A DNA stretch of 63,887 nucleotides, the filler included, from Vicugna vicugna (taxonomy: Eukaryota), in NCBI GenBank assembly GCA_013265495.1. It is 79 parts of 74 records of this genome, joined end to end, with 100 filler letters (N's around TTAATTAATTAA, not from the genome) between each part and the next. Parts side by side here need not be neighbours in the genome. Positions count along the whole stretch, not along the records: positions 48,719 to 49,329 come from PNXW01014923.1; positions 49,430 to 49,571 come from MU060564.1; positions 49,672 to 50,425 come from PNXW01014936.1; positions 50,526 to 51,897 come from MU060568.1; positions 51,998 to 52,804 come from MU060569.1; positions 52,905 to 53,463 come from PNXW01014942.1; positions 53,564 to 53,960 come from MU060570.1; positions 54,061 to 54,581 come from MU060570.1; 71 more parts are not named here. One strand, written 5' to 3'. Each line of letters begins with the position of its first letter. The first letter of the stretch is position 1. The notes under the pieces were generated by a model. That model searched no databases and was not told the origin of the DNA. It was given only the letters and a program-made list of their open reading frames with translations. Made by a program: the position numbers and the translations under genes. Shown piece by piece: positions 48,619 to 61,849 of this stretch.

Positions 48619-49479
48619 NNNNNNNNNNNNNNNNNNNNNNNNNNNNNNNNNNNNNNNNNNNNTTAATTAATTAANNNNNNNNNNNNNNNNNNNNNNNNNN
48701 NNNNNNNNNNNNNNNNNNCTGAGAAATATATTTTCAACCTCACAGCCTTTTGGTTAGGAAGTTTGAATAGAGGCTGAGCTGGCTCACCTAAATTGTCTCC
48801 CTTTGTGAGTAAAGAGGTCTGGAGTTTCAAGGCCCAATGAAATGTCTCAGCCCTTCAGTAGCAAACTTAAAGCAACCAAAATGCTCCCACCTGCCAGAGC
48901 ATGACTTGTCCTTAGACACTGATGGACATAACCACCAATGCTGTCTAAGGCATCGTCTTCATCTGATGCACACTTTCTTTAGATGTCTAATATCCTGATT
49001 AACAGGACAAGCTGGTTTGGATTCCCAAGGTCACAGGCATCCTTCTGCCTGACTTTGGTGTATATATGATCAATGAAGAGTCCTCTCTCAGATCAGCTGG
49101 AGCTGCCTGGTGTGTGTTTTGCCAGAGAATGTGGGTGCAGTGCTCCCCACCAGAGCCCTACCAGTTGTTTTATTGCAGGAAGAGAGAGAGCAAAAGAGAC
49201 AGAACAGGAAGTCCTTGTCACCTTGTCCAGCCTCAAAAACAGTCACCCCCTCCCAGGGCTCCTGCTCTGGGACACACAGCAGTTCAGGTCAGCAGCGACG
49301 TAGCCCCGGTGTACTCTGAAACATGGTGTNNNNNNNNNNNNNNNNNNNNNNNNNNNNNNNNNNNNNNNNNNNNTTAATTAATTAANNNNNNNNNNNNNNN
49401 NNNNNNNNNNNNNNNNNNNNNNNNNNNNNACTCTAAGGAATCCCAATAATGTACTGATCTGGTCAAGATCAGCAATGTC

Positions 49480-49571
49480 CATCTGTTCAAGGTCACTGCT
49501 GATCTTCATATGGCTAAATCCAATGGACAGTTCTCAGTCAATCTTTCTTAGCTTCTCAGAAGCATTTGATA
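49480..49571 (+). mobile_element. LINE-2 RT fragment
   Basis: aaggtcactgctgatcttcatatggctaaatccaatggacagttctcagtc...ctcagaagcatttga matches the L2 RT segment upstream of the DLSAAFD motif. Confidence 0.75.
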
Positions 49572-50525
49572 NNNNNNNNNNNNNNNNNNNNNNNNNNNNN
49601 NNNNNNNNNNNNNNNTTAATTAATTAANNNNNNNNNNNNNNNNNNNNNNNNNNNNNNNNNNNNNNNNNNNNACAGGATGTGCAACAGCTCTGTAGTTGCC
49701 TTCGTGCACCCGTGCCTCAAGGATGAGAGGACAAGGAATTGTGGTCCAAGATCACAGCGTGAGAAGAGGAAGGATTTGCTTCAGGTTATCTCTGAAAAGC
49801 CGATGCTACATTTTGGATGGCACCGGCACGGTTCGGCAGCGAGGACACCAAGTTCGGGCTGCGGGATCATTCCAGCAGGATCTGATGTGTGACATCCATA
49901 GATATGCTTCCACTGGTGTTTCTGCAGACAGAGAAGCTCTTGGAAGAACTGGTTTCAGTGGGACATTCCCGTGGCAATACAAAGCACAAGCGCACTCACA
50001 CTCTGCCCTTCTGAAAACACTCCAAAATAACATAGAGTAGAATGTAGAGCTGAGAACCTTTAGGAGCTCCATTTCCACCAGAGGAAGTGTCCTGTGCTCT
50101 TTCATATTTGTGAGATAAGCGTAATCAAAATGAGGTTATCCTAATCGAAATAGTATGGGGTGTTCATCACAACAAAGGCAACACAAGCAATTGGAGATAG
50201 ACCAGTCAACACACACAGGAACAGGACATGGCATCAATGTCTAGGAAAATTTGTCCTCACAGAAATCCCATGCAATTGTGTAGAGCCAAGAGTCTAAAGT
50301 TTTCACTTAACAAAGCCCTAGAAGTCTACATTAGATTCCTGAAATTACCTGACCATTAGAGATGAAGAAATACAGTAAAAGAAAAAGAAGTACCATTTTC
50401 AGTTCCAAAGAGATTGAAGGCCCTANNNNNNNNNNNNNNNNNNNNNNNNNNNNNNNNNNNNNNNNNNNNTTAATTAATTAANNNNNNNNNNNNNNNNNNN
50501 NNNNNNNNNNNNNNNNNNNNNNNNN

Positions 50526-51897
50526 CGCTCGAGAACAATTTTTCTGTGAAAAATGCATGAATTCGAACTTCGTGTTATGGAAAGCTTGTGAAAACGTGTA
50601 AACGTGTCCAGATGAAAATATTCCTTTTACAGAGGATGAAAGATTAGTAATCCACATGCTCTCAACTCAGGAATGCATGTTTGTCAAATCAGTAATGTAT
50701 GTAGCATATAATGAAAACGGATTATCATGTAGATGGAATGTATTCAAATTACATATCTCTAGGTTANNNNNNNNNNNNNNNNNNNNNNNNNNNNNNNNNN
50801 NNNNNNNNNNNNNNNNNNNNNNNNNNNNNNNNNNNNNNNNNNNNNNNNNNNNNNNNNNNNNNNNNNNNNNNNNNNNNNNNNNNNNNNNNNNNNNNNNNNN
50901 NNNNNNNNNNNNNNNNNNNNNNNNNNNNNNNNNNNNNNNNNNNNNNNNNNNNNNNNNNNNNNNNNNNNNNNNNNNNNNNNNNNNNNNNNNNNNNNNNNNN
51001 NNNNNNNNNNNNNNNNNNNNNNNNNNNNNNNNNNNNNNNNNNNNNNNNNNNNNNNNNNNNNNNNNNNNNNNNNNNNNNNNNNNNNNNNNNNNNNNNNNNN
51101 NNNNNNNNNNNNNNNNNNNNNNNNNNNNNNNNNNNNNNNNNNNNNNNNNNNNNNNNNNNNNNNNNNNNNNNNNNNNNNNNNNNNNNNNNNNNNNNNNNNN
51201 NNNNNNNNNNNNNNNNNNNNNNNNNNNNNNNNNNNNNNNNNNNNNNNNNNNNNNNNNNNNNNNNNNNNNNNNNNNNNNNNNNNNNNNNNNNNNNNNNNNN
51301 NNNNNNNNNNNNNNNNNNNNNNNNNNNNNNNNNNNNNNNNNNNNNNNNNNNNNNNNNNNNNNNNNNNNNNNNNNNNNNNNNNNNNNNNNNNNNNNNNNNN
51401 NNNNNNNNNNNNNNNNNNNNNNNNNNNNNNNNNNNNNNNNNNNNNNNNNNNNNNNNNNNNNNNNNNNNNNNNNNNNNNNNNNNNNNNNNNNNNNNNNNNN
51501 NNNNNNNNNNNNNNNNNNNNNNNNNNNNNNNNNNNNNNNNNNNNNNNNNNNNNNNNNNNNNNNNNNNNNNNNNNNNNNNNNNNNNNNNNNNNNNNNNNNN
51601 NNNNNNNNNNNNNNNNNNNNNNNNNNNNNNNNNNNNNNNNNNNNNNNNNNNNNNNNNNNNNNNNNNNNNNNNNNNNNNNNNNNNNNNNNNNNNNNNNNNN
51701 NNNNNNNNNNNNNNNNNNNNNNNNNNTTCGTAATACGGAATGCCATGGTTATGTAAACAATGCAAATTACATGTGTATTGGTGAGATTTAGCTCAAAGAG
51801 TGTTTTCTAGTGCCAAATGTCCGATTTTAGACCCTGGTGATAGAAAAAACAGTGAAGTGCGAGGAAATATTTCTAAGCCTATATACACCTTGTTTGG
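50526..51897 (+). repeat. Satellite D
   Basis: Both ends match the unit. Confidence 0.92.
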
Positions 51898-51997
51898 NNN
51901 NNNNNNNNNNNNNNNNNNNNNNNNNNNNNNNNNNNNNNNNNTTAATTAATTAANNNNNNNNNNNNNNNNNNNNNNNNNNNNNNNNNNNNNNNNNNNN

Positions 51998-52804
51998 GTA
52001 AGTCTGTTAACCAATTACTCTAACTGTGTGTACTAAACAGATGATAATGTAATCTCAAACCCATCCTACCGAGAACAAAAAATTTTAAAAAAAAGAAGAA
52101 GAAAGAAAAAATATTCTATATTTTCTTGCTTCCCACTCCAAATCAATGATTTAGATGTCTTCTTTTACAATTTCATCTTTATTCTATTTGTAATTCATGG
52201 TAGTTATCACCTTTCCAGTTAGAGTTCTCATTTCTGTAGCATCCTACTTCTTTTCTATTTACGGTAGACCTTTCAATATTTCTTTTAGCATGGGTTTAGT
52301 GTTGCTAAAGTCTTTTAGATTTTGCTTCTCTGTGAAAATCTATATCTCTCCTTCTATTCTAAAGGATAGCCTTGCTGCAGAAAGTATCCTAGGCTGCATC
52401 TGTTTTTTCATTCAGGACTTTGAATATATCTTGCCACTCCCTTCTGGCCTGTAGTGTTTCTGTAGAGAAATCAGCTGAGAGCCTTCTCTTGTAACTCACN
52501 NNNNNNNNNNNNNNNNNNNNNNNNNNNNNNNNNNNNNNNNNNNNNNNNNNNNNNNNNNNNNNNNNNNNNNNNNNNNNNNNNNNNNNNNNNNNNNNNNNNN
52601 NNNNNNNNNNNNNNNNNNNNNNNNNNNNNNNNNNNNNNNNNNNNNNNNNNNNNNNNNGGAAGTTTTCAGTCATGATTTCTTTAAATACCTTTTCCATCCC
52701 CTTTGTTCTTTCTTCCCACTCTAGAACCCCTATTTTGCATATATTGGCATGCTTTATAATATCCCATAGGTTCCTTATATTGTTTTCATTGTTTTATATT
52801 TGTT
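51998..52804 (-). mobile_element. LINE-1 ORF1 C-terminal part and inter-ORF region
   Basis: The minus translation EKVFKEIMTENF...RLSADFSTETLQARREWQDIFKVL is L1 ORF1p. Confidence 0.93.
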
Positions 52805-52904
52805 NNNNNNNNNNNNNNNNNNNNNNNNNNNNNNNNNNNNNNNNNNNNTTAATTAATTAANNNNNNNNNNNNNNNNNNNNNNNNNNNNNNNNNNNNNNNN
52901 NNNN

Positions 52905-53463
52905 CTTCTTTCTATATTCTAAATACAATATTCAGTATTCTGTATTCTACATACTAAATTCTGTGTTTATCACTCCATGTTCTCAATCCTATATTCAGTA
53001 TTCTGTATTCCATATTCTAAATTCTGTGTTCTGCATTCTATGTTCTATGATCATTATTCTGCATTATATATTCTAATTTCTGTGTTATGCATTCCATGTT
53101 CTAAATTCTGGGTTCTATTATCTATATTCTATATTCTATATCTGTGTCCTATATTCTATATTCTGAATACTATATTCAGCTTTCTGTATTCTACATTCTA
53201 TATTCTGTGTTCTACACTATATTCAAAATTCGATATTCAGTATTCTGTATTATATATTCTAAATTCTGGGTTCTACATTCTATATTCTAAATTGTATATT
53301 CAGTATTATGTATTCTATATTCTAAATACTGAATTCTGATTTCCATGTTCCAAAATCTTGCTTCAATATTCTCTAAGTTATATTTTTTATTCTGTATTGT
53401 ACATTTTATTTTCTAAATTATATATTCAGCTTTATGTGTATTTTATTCAATATTCTGTGCTCT
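52905..53463 (+). repeat. Satellite E (heptamer)
   Basis: Same units. Shares a variant string with 6380-6455. Confidence 0.95.
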
Positions 53464-54060
53464 NNNNNNNNNNNNNNNNNNNNNNNNNNNNNNNNNNNNN
53501 NNNNNNNTTAATTAATTAANNNNNNNNNNNNNNNNNNNNNNNNNNNNNNNNNNNNNNNNNNNNGTGAGGGAAACACTGAAGAACAACAGTGTCTCAGAAT
53601 CCCAAAAGCCAGAATACCAGAAAAGGGGAAGAGAAAGCCTAAAGGCGAACCAAATAATGTCAGAAAACTCAGTGGATGAGATAATATCAGGGCTAAAATT
53701 CAGTCCTAAGCAGACTAGATAATGCAGAGGGAAGCGTGAAAGTCTGTGAATTCAGAGGCACAGAAATCACTCGGTCAGGAGCAGACATAGGAAAGCAAGT
53801 GCAAAGCAAGGAAAACATTGCTGTTGAATCCTGACGACATAGACCTTGAATGGCAAAATGCTGCCATCTAGGGTAGCCTATGCCACATGACCGCCATTTC
53901 TAATAACAGCAGAGCTAGAGAATTCCACAGACCGGCCAATCTTAAAAGAATTCAATTCAGNNNNNNNNNNNNNNNNNNNNNNNNNNNNNNNNNNNNNNNN
54001 NNNNTTAATTAATTAANNNNNNNNNNNNNNNNNNNNNNNNNNNNNNNNNNNNNNNNNNNN

Positions 54061-54581
54061 CTGCTCCGACAGGCAGGAGGACCGACAGCCGTCAAGCCCG
54101 CCTCCTCAGAGAACAGAGGCAGGGAAGCTGGAGGCACCCCCTTCCCAGCCCAGAGCGTTAAACCCACCTTTCACACGCCCGTCCCTGCTCCGCTTTAGGA
54201 AGTGGAAACAGCACAAGAGAAAGCCCGGGCCGACCCCCAGCCGGAGGCGAAGGCTCCAGGGCCTCCTGGATGGTCTGAAGCAGGAGGCGTGGCAACCAGA
54301 ACAGAGTGACCGGGACACAAGACCTCCAGTCCGCGCGCGAGAAGGCAAACCTCCGCGCCGGGCCGGCCAAGGTGGCCACGTCCCTCCCCACACCTGCACC
54401 CCAGGCCACCCACCTGCCACGCATGCCGAGCCCAGGGGTCTCAGACGACAGGGAAGGCCGTCGAGGGGAGTTCACCCCCATGAAAGCAGCACAAGAACGG
54501 TCTGGGCGGAGCTGCCCCTGCGAGCCCACGCGAGATGGAGAGACGAGGGAAAAGCAGCTACACAAACCCACAACCAAAGCA
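54061..54581. other. GC/CpG-rich fragment of unknown identity
   Basis: CpG-dense, strongly strand-skewed, no recognisable ORF. Confidence 0.5.
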
Positions 54582-56243
54582 NNNNNNNNNNNNNNNNNNN
54601 NNNNNNNNNNNNNNNNNNNNNNNNNTTAATTAATTAANNNNNNNNNNNNNNNNNNNNNNNNNNNNNNNNNNNNNNNNNNNNCTGGAGAAATTCTGGAGCT
54701 TCCAGGCTCCGCTTCTGAATGCCGAGAACACGGACAGCTTGGAAGCATGCTTCTAACTCGGTCACCAGCATTCTTACACTGCAGGGGAAACGGAGGCCCC
54801 CAGTCAAGAGCAGAGATATTTCTATCGTGTATCACAGGCCGTGCCTCTGGGACTAAGTGCCCTGCAGCAGCCCGGCCTCAGGTGAGGACCCGCAGCATGG
54901 CCCACCCAAGCAGGAGGGGCACTGTGCTTGAGAAAGCCCATCCCCGATGGGGGCAAGAGGGGCTGGTGGGGTTCAGTGAACCTGTAATTGCCCACAGAAA
55001 TATGCCTGCATTCATTCAAGTGATACAAACAACAGTAGCAGTCATAACAAAATTTCAATTGACAATTGGCAAAATTTTGCCATTCCTTTCCTCTTGTCTC
55101 CTGCACTCTGAGACAGNNNNNNNNNNNNNNNNNNNNNNNNNNNNNNNNNNNNNNNNNNNNTTAATTAATTAANNNNNNNNNNNNNNNNNNNNNNNNNNNN
55201 NNNNNNNNNNNNNNNNAGAGGCAGGGGGAGCCTCAGGCAGTGGTACCTCTTCAGCATCATCATAACCCTCACCAGGGGCCTCGGTCCTCTGATCCGGGGG
55301 CTCTAAGGGCAGACAAGGGGGTCAAGGGAAGCCACCGTAAATGGGTTGTCCTGGGAAACACCTGAAATCTCTTTTTAACCAGAGTTTCTGAGCTGCCCCA
55401 TGGAGGCACAAATCACTCCTTGTCTCAGCAGGTTTTCTAAGGCCATATTTTATTTTGATGTGCCCATGAACCAAAAAATATACCATTAGCTCAATACTTC
55501 TTATTAAAACTACAGATCTCAAAGAAATTCTTATGCCAATGAGTACTACTAAAATCTTTTGATGAATTATGCTTTCATGATGTCATTTTTTAAAGGAACA
55601 TGTGCAGGCTGTGAGTAGTGAGTGTGATTCTGGACACAGAGAGCCCAATGTAAGGCATCAACAACAGCCACAGAAGGAGGGGAGCGTGGACCCCTCTGGA
55701 GACAAGAGTTCCCGCCAATCCCAGTCAGAGGAAGCCTGTTCCCACTGGGTCTCATCTCTGTGAGGGAACATCACCCGCCCCCTCTCCCCAGCCAAGGCAC
55801 GTCCACCTCTACTACCTGGAGTGGATTTATGGTCACTGTCCTCCTCAGCATCCCCGGTGTAATAGGGCAGTTGAGATACTGAGTCATCTGACAGGAACAC
55901 TAATGTGGAGATAAACATCACAAAGAACAGAACAATCCTTCCCACACCCACTGGACCACTGCTAAGGCTGAGAAGGCATGCTGGGGCCGTCATGGCGCCC
56001 ACAGGGTACAGAGTGCACAGGGGCTCTGGGAGGCCCATCCTGTGGCCTTTGGAGGGGCTGCCTCTGGTGAGCCTGGGGCAGATGTGGGGAATGCGTGCCT
56101 GGGAAGATGGCTCACAGCCAGTGGGTGGCTGACAACCAGGGGTNNNNNNNNNNNNNNNNNNNNNNNNNNNNNNNNNNNNNNNNNNNNTTAATTAATTAAN
56201 NNNNNNNNNNNNNNNNNNNNNNNNNNNNNNNNNNNNNNNNNNN

Positions 56244-56724
56244 AAAAGAATCTCTTAGCTTGTATTCCCTGATGGCATGCCTAGGCTGAAGTGTGGGGGA
56301 AAGTGGGGGTTGGGCACTAAACCAAGTATTAGAGAGAGCCTATCCATGGGATGTGGGATTTAACCTACAACCCACAACCATGGAATAAATGTGCAGCCTG
56401 AAATATGCTTTGACTGTTTCCCTACATCCAGCACACACACGAAGATGTTTTCTGGTATTCTGAGTGTGGGGAAGTTCCTCAAACTGACAGCAGCACCTGG
56501 GTTCTATTAGTATCCCTTAGCTTCTATTCCCTGAGTGTTCCTTTAGGCCAGGCCATGAGGGAAAGCTAGCCATGAGGGTGGGGGTTGGGCTTGGAGGCCA
56601 AGTAGCAAAAAGTGCCACCTGATCCATTGAGGAAGTACTTAGAAAACTTCACTCTAACTGTACACCTTTTCCTCCATTAATCTGGGTGGAGTGTGGCTGC
56701 ACATCTCTCCCACACCTAAGAATG
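56244..56724 (-). repeat. Satellite B, reverse orientation
   Basis: The reverse complement follows 10095-10456 at the level of monomer-specific variants. Confidence 0.9.
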
Positions 56725-56824
56725 NNNNNNNNNNNNNNNNNNNNNNNNNNNNNNNNNNNNNNNNNNNNTTAATTAATTAANNNNNNNNNNNNNNNNNNNN
56801 NNNNNNNNNNNNNNNNNNNNNNNN

Positions 56825-57517
56825 GTCATGAGCATGTTCACAACTCAGAAATTCAAGTTTGCGAAATCCATGATGTATGAATCATTTTCATAATACGGAA
56901 TGCCATGGTTATGTAAACAATGTAAATTACATGTGTATTTGTGAGAATTCGCTCAAAGAGAGTTTTCTGGGGCCAGATGTCCGATTTTAGAACCTGGTGA
57001 TAGAAAAATCTATGAATTCAGAGTAAATAATTCTAAGTGTATATACGCCTTGTTCGGAGGGTGAAAGTTCTGTAATATACATGCTCACAAGTCAGAAACG
57101 CATGATTGCCAAATCCGTCATACATGTAGTATGTACGGAACCCGGAATGCCATGTTATTAGAATACATGTAAATTACAATAGAAATCGTTAAAGATCTAT
57201 TTTTCTGTGAAAAATTCACGAATTCGAACCTGGTGTTAGGGAAAGCTTGTGAAAATGTGTACATGTGTCCAGATGAAAATATTCCTTTTATAGAGGATGA
57301 AAGATTAGTAATCCACATGCTCTCAACTCAGGAATGCATGTTTGTCAAATCCGTCATGTATGTAGCATGTAAGGAACACGGAATATCATGTAGATGGAAT
57401 CTATTCAAATTATATATCTCTAGGGTAGAATTCGCTCCAAGATTGTTTTTGTTGGATCAAACTGTGATTCTTAAACTGGTGATATTAAGAAACTACGAAG
57501 TCAAAGTAAATATTTCA
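56825..57517 (+). repeat. Satellite D, nearly one full trimer
   Basis: Subunit landmark catg(t/c)tc(a/t)caa(c/g)tcag at 56833, 57080 and 57316. Confidence 0.93.
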
Positions 57518-57617
57518 NNNNNNNNNNNNNNNNNNNNNNNNNNNNNNNNNNNNNNNNNNNNTTAATTAATTAANNNNNNNNNNNNNNNNNNNNNNNNNNN
57601 NNNNNNNNNNNNNNNNN

Positions 57618-57847
57618 CACCCGCGGAGCGGGTCCAGGGCGGAGTGTGACCAGGGCGGAGCGCCGGCGCGGAGCGCACAGCTGCACACAGCAGCGGAGCT
57701 ACCGGCGGCGCAGGCATGGGGAGAGCAGCCCCCCGCCTGTCGGGCAGGAACACAACCCCTGACCGAGGTGCTGGGAGGGGGCACGACCCGCCCTCCTGCC
57801 TGGCCAGTCTGCAACATCTGACTGCGGCATCCGGAGGGGCAGTGACC
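57618..57847 (+). promoter_or_regulatory. CpG-island-like fragment with repeated GCGGAG boxes
   Basis: Five GCGGAG motifs in 57623-57698, followed by GGCATGG. Function not established. Confidence 0.35.
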
Positions 57848-59098
57848 NNNNNNNNNNNNNNNNNNNNNNNNNNNNNNNNNNNNNNNNNNNNTTAATTAAT
57901 TAANNNNNNNNNNNNNNNNNNNNNNNNNNNNNNNNNNNNNNNNNNNNACTTGAGGAAGTTCCTCAATTCTCTTCTCCAAGAAAGGGTCCAAGTTCCCTGA
58001 CATCTGCAAGAGAAGAGATGGCAGATATGATCAAACGCTCCTGTTCTTGGAAGAGGTCGTGAGAATCCACAGGTCCCAAGGGGCATTCCCAAGCCTTTCA
58101 GACCAGAATTCACCAAGCCCAGGTAAGCCTTTTCCCAGGTTTGGGCCTAGCTAGCAAGCACTTGCCCTTCCCTCCCCTCCACTCAGGCATCCATTTTGAA
58201 ATGCAATGAAGCCATTACGAGAAGAGCAAGCCCCTCCTAGAATCAGAGTTCCTCCAGCTTCACACTCTGTGAACAACAGTGAACTCCTTAAAGGTCAAAT
58301 AGTCTCGGCTGAAATCGATAGGAATTGAATACTTAGCTCACACCTAGAAACGATGGCCTTCCGCTAGATTCAGCAAATGTTGTGTTTATGTCTTCCCTGG
58401 GGTGAAGGGAGTGTGGTAAGTGATGGGAATCTTTGATTGATCTTGAATCTGTATTAGGCCTCAGTTTTTCAAGACAGTATAGGTAAATAGTACATGTCAG
58501 AAAGTGAACTGTACTGTAAAACTCGCCAATGACATTAAAGACACAGCTTCTGTGGATCGTCTTTCAATTGAGTCAAGCCCCGGAGGCTCTATATCATGTG
58601 GGGGCAGACTTGGTTGTGTTAAATGTCTTTATCCAACATGATCGAATGATTAATCGTTCTCATCACTGATAGAATTACACCTGGTTCTCAATAGACTGGC
58701 ATAACTGCAGCAGGGTTGTCCNNNNNNNNNNNNNNNNNNNNNNNNNNNNNNNNNNNNNNNNNNNNTTAATTAATTAANNNNNNNNNNNNNNNNNNNNNNN
58801 NNNNNNNNNNNNNNNNNNNNNAGACCATTCACATACATCCCCGACAGTCCCCGTTAGGAAGCAGGACAATTATATTCGTTACAACTTATAGTAAGTGCAA
58901 GAGGTTCCAGGAAGCCTGTCTCCTAAAGACGCTCGTTACGGCTCCCCATGCAAGCCGCTTTGCAAATACCAGTATCCCGAATGTCGCAACACCTGCCTCG
59001 TGGAGGCTGAGTGTCCTGGTCCTAGGTGTGCCTGCCGGCAGGGCTACGCTTGGCGAAGTTACTTTGTGACAGCTCTAAAATGATTGCTTCTCTTCCAG

Positions 59099-59176
59099 CC
59101 AGGGGAGGACCCTCTTCCCAAAGATGAAAATGGAAAACTAATATTTGACACAGTGGATCTCTGTAGCACGTGGGAG
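59099..59176 (+). CDS. AKR1C: Internal 78-bp exon of an aldo-keto reductase 1C family gene
   Basis: Acceptor ttctcttccAG and donor GAG/GTGAGT. Encodes [26 protein letters not shown], compare AKR1C1 [26 protein letters not shown]. The paralog cannot be assigned. Confidence 0.92.
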
Positions 59177-59797
59177 GTGAGTCTGTGGAGGAGAGAGCAC
59201 AGGGGAGGAAGCCAGGAGAGGGGGCATCTCCCTCACGTCTTCCACCTGTGNNNNNNNNNNNNNNNNNNNNNNNNNNNNNNNNNNNNNNNNNNNNTTAATT
59301 AATTAANNNNNNNNNNNNNNNNNNNNNNNNNNNNNNNNNNNNNNNNNNNNTCCAGTACAGCCTGAAGCTTAAGAGTAAGAGTCTTCTTTGGAAAATGTAG
59401 GTGATAAAATTATAGAGTTATATATATATATAGTATCAATATTATCACTGTTAATATTTAATATGTGCTTAACATATACACAATAATAATATACACACAT
59501 GTATGTAATATTTTGTTGTGCTGGATCTCTTTGTGATTCATATGTCACCTTGAGTCTTGTTTCTCATCCTCTTTTAATGTGGAATGGTCACAAAAACTTA
59601 CCATGAAATTTAGGCAGGTTTTGAAAAATATAATGGGTTTATCAGATTATTCTTTGTGGTATTAAGTAATTTGTTTCTTGATTCCCAGCTCACGTATNNN
59701 NNNNNNNNNNNNNNNNNNNNNNNNNNNNNNNNNNNNNNNNNTTAATTAATTAANNNNNNNNNNNNNNNNNNNNNNNNNNNNNNNNNNNNNNNNNNNN

Positions 59798-60911
59798 GTG
59801 TTGCTAAACTCTTTTAGTTTTTGCTTGTCTGTGAAGTTCTCTCTCCTTCTAGTCTAAAGGATAGCCCTAATGGTTAGAGTATCCTAGGCTGCATCTTTTT
59901 ATCATTCAGGACTTTGACTATATCTTGCCACTCTCTTCTGGCCTGTAATGTTTGTGTAGAGAAATCCGCTGAGAGCCTTATGGGGGGTCCCTTGTAACTC
60001 ACTCTTTGTTTTTCTCTTGCTGCCTTTAGGATCATTTTTTCATCCGTGACTCTGGCATTCTTGATTATGATATGTCTTGGTGCGGGTCTGTTTGGGTTCT
60101 TCCTGTTTGGGATCCTCTGAGCCTCCTGTACTTGGATATCTGATTCCTTTAGGTTTGGGAAGTTTTCAGTCATGATTTCTTCCAATACCTTTTCAATCCC
60201 CTTTGTTCTTCTCCTTCTGGAACCCCTATTATGCATAGATTGGCATTCTTTATATTATCCCATAGGTCCCTTATATTGTTTTCATTGTATTTTACTTGCT
60301 TTTCTCTCAGCTGTTCTGATTGGGTGCTTTCTGTTGTCCTGTCTTCTANNNNNNNNNNNNNNNNNNNNNNNNNNNNNNNNNNNNNNNNNNNNNNNNNNNN
60401 NNNNNNNNNNNNNNNNNNNNNNNNNNNNNNNNNNNNNNNNNNNNNNNNNNNNNNNNNNNNNNNNNNNNNNNNNNNNNNNNNNNNNNNNNNNNNNNNNNNN
60501 NNNNNNNNNNNNNNNNNNNNNNNNNNNNNNNNNNNNNNNNNNNNNNNNNNNNNNNNNNNNNNNNNNNNNNNNNNNNNNNNNNNNNNNNNNNNNNNNNNNN
60601 NNNNNNNNNNNNNNNNNNNNNNNNNNNNNNNNNNNNNNNNNNNNNNNNNNNNNNNNNNNNNNNNNNNNNNNNNNNNNNNNNNNNNNNNNNNNNNNNNNNN
60701 NNNNNNNNNNNNNNNNNNNNNNNNNNNNNNNNNNNNNNNNNNNNNNNNNNNNNNNNNNNNNNNNNNNNNNNNNNNNNNNNTGCGAACTCAGCTTGTTGTT
60801 TCCAGAGGCCCTCTGTTGGCACCCTTGTCTGTGCTGCTCCCCGTGGCTGTTGGCTAGCGGATTGCTCCCCCTCCTAACACTGGGTCAGGAGCTGAGCTCT
60901 TACCCGGTGGG
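59798..60911 (-). mobile_element. LINE-1 ORF1 with probable 5' UTR beyond the gap
   Basis: Minus translation EEIMTENFPNLKE.DIQVQEAQRIP...PRHIIIK...ILKAAREK...PIRLSADFSTQTLQARREW. Confidence 0.94.
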
Positions 60912-61849
60912 NNNNNNNNNNNNNNNNNNNNNNNNNNNNNNNNNNNNNNNNNNNNTTAATTAATTAANNNNNNNNNNNNNNNNNNNNNNNNNNNNNNNNN
61001 NNNNNNNNNNNGATATTGTTGGTTTATTCATGAATTAAGGGAAAAGACTTCCTTGAGAAAACTGGAAAGTTGAAAATCAGAACTAAAAAAAATGCACTAA
61101 ACCCTGCACGAAGCATTTTCTGCAGGAGAGCCCTCCTGCATCCTGAGACGTCCCAGGTTTTGCCTAGGAGCAGCAGCAGCAGCAGTCACCTCCCCAGCCA
61201 CTAGGTGACAGCACTGCCAAGTCCTCACTGGTCCCCTCAGGGGCAGAGGTGACTCCTCTTCCAGCCCAGGTAAGTCTGGGTCCTATTCTCACTCTGCTCT
61301 GCAGGAGGGATGCTGGGAGACCAGGACAAACACCTCTGAGATAGAGGGCAGTTGCCCTGTGGATGGTAAGGATGCTCAGATGCCTGCATTGATTGCAGAG
61401 CTCAGAATTCTTTCCTGGATGGGTGACCCCTGCAGAGCTCAGGAAGCAGGCATCCTGGAGGGGATTTTTCCATAAGGTCTTCAAGGGCTGGAGCTGGGGA
61501 AGGAAGGGACCTGAAGAGAAAGAATATCTTCACTGGGCTGCCTAACTGAGAAATCACTGTCCAGGTGGAGGCATCATTGAAAGTCAACAGTGGACTTGGC
61601 TAATGGGGACAAGGACAGGCTGGACAGAGACACCAATAAGGCCAGGGTGTTTCTACAGTGTGAGGTCACCAATCACTCTGGGGATAGACCCAGAGGCAGC
61701 AGACGCTTCCTGTCCCAGTTCAGCCGGTTGCTACACAGCTGGGGACATANNNNNNNNNNNNNNNNNNNNNNNNNNNNNNNNNNNNNNNNNNNNTTAATTA
61801 ATTAANNNNNNNNNNNNNNNNNNNNNNNNNNNNNNNNNNNNNNNNNNNN

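Noticed and set aside
57948..58128. Strong splice donor CAG/GTAAGC after an exon-like stretch
   Set aside because: The frames examined contain stops and the peptide is unrecognisable. It could be a non-coding exon but cannot be supported.
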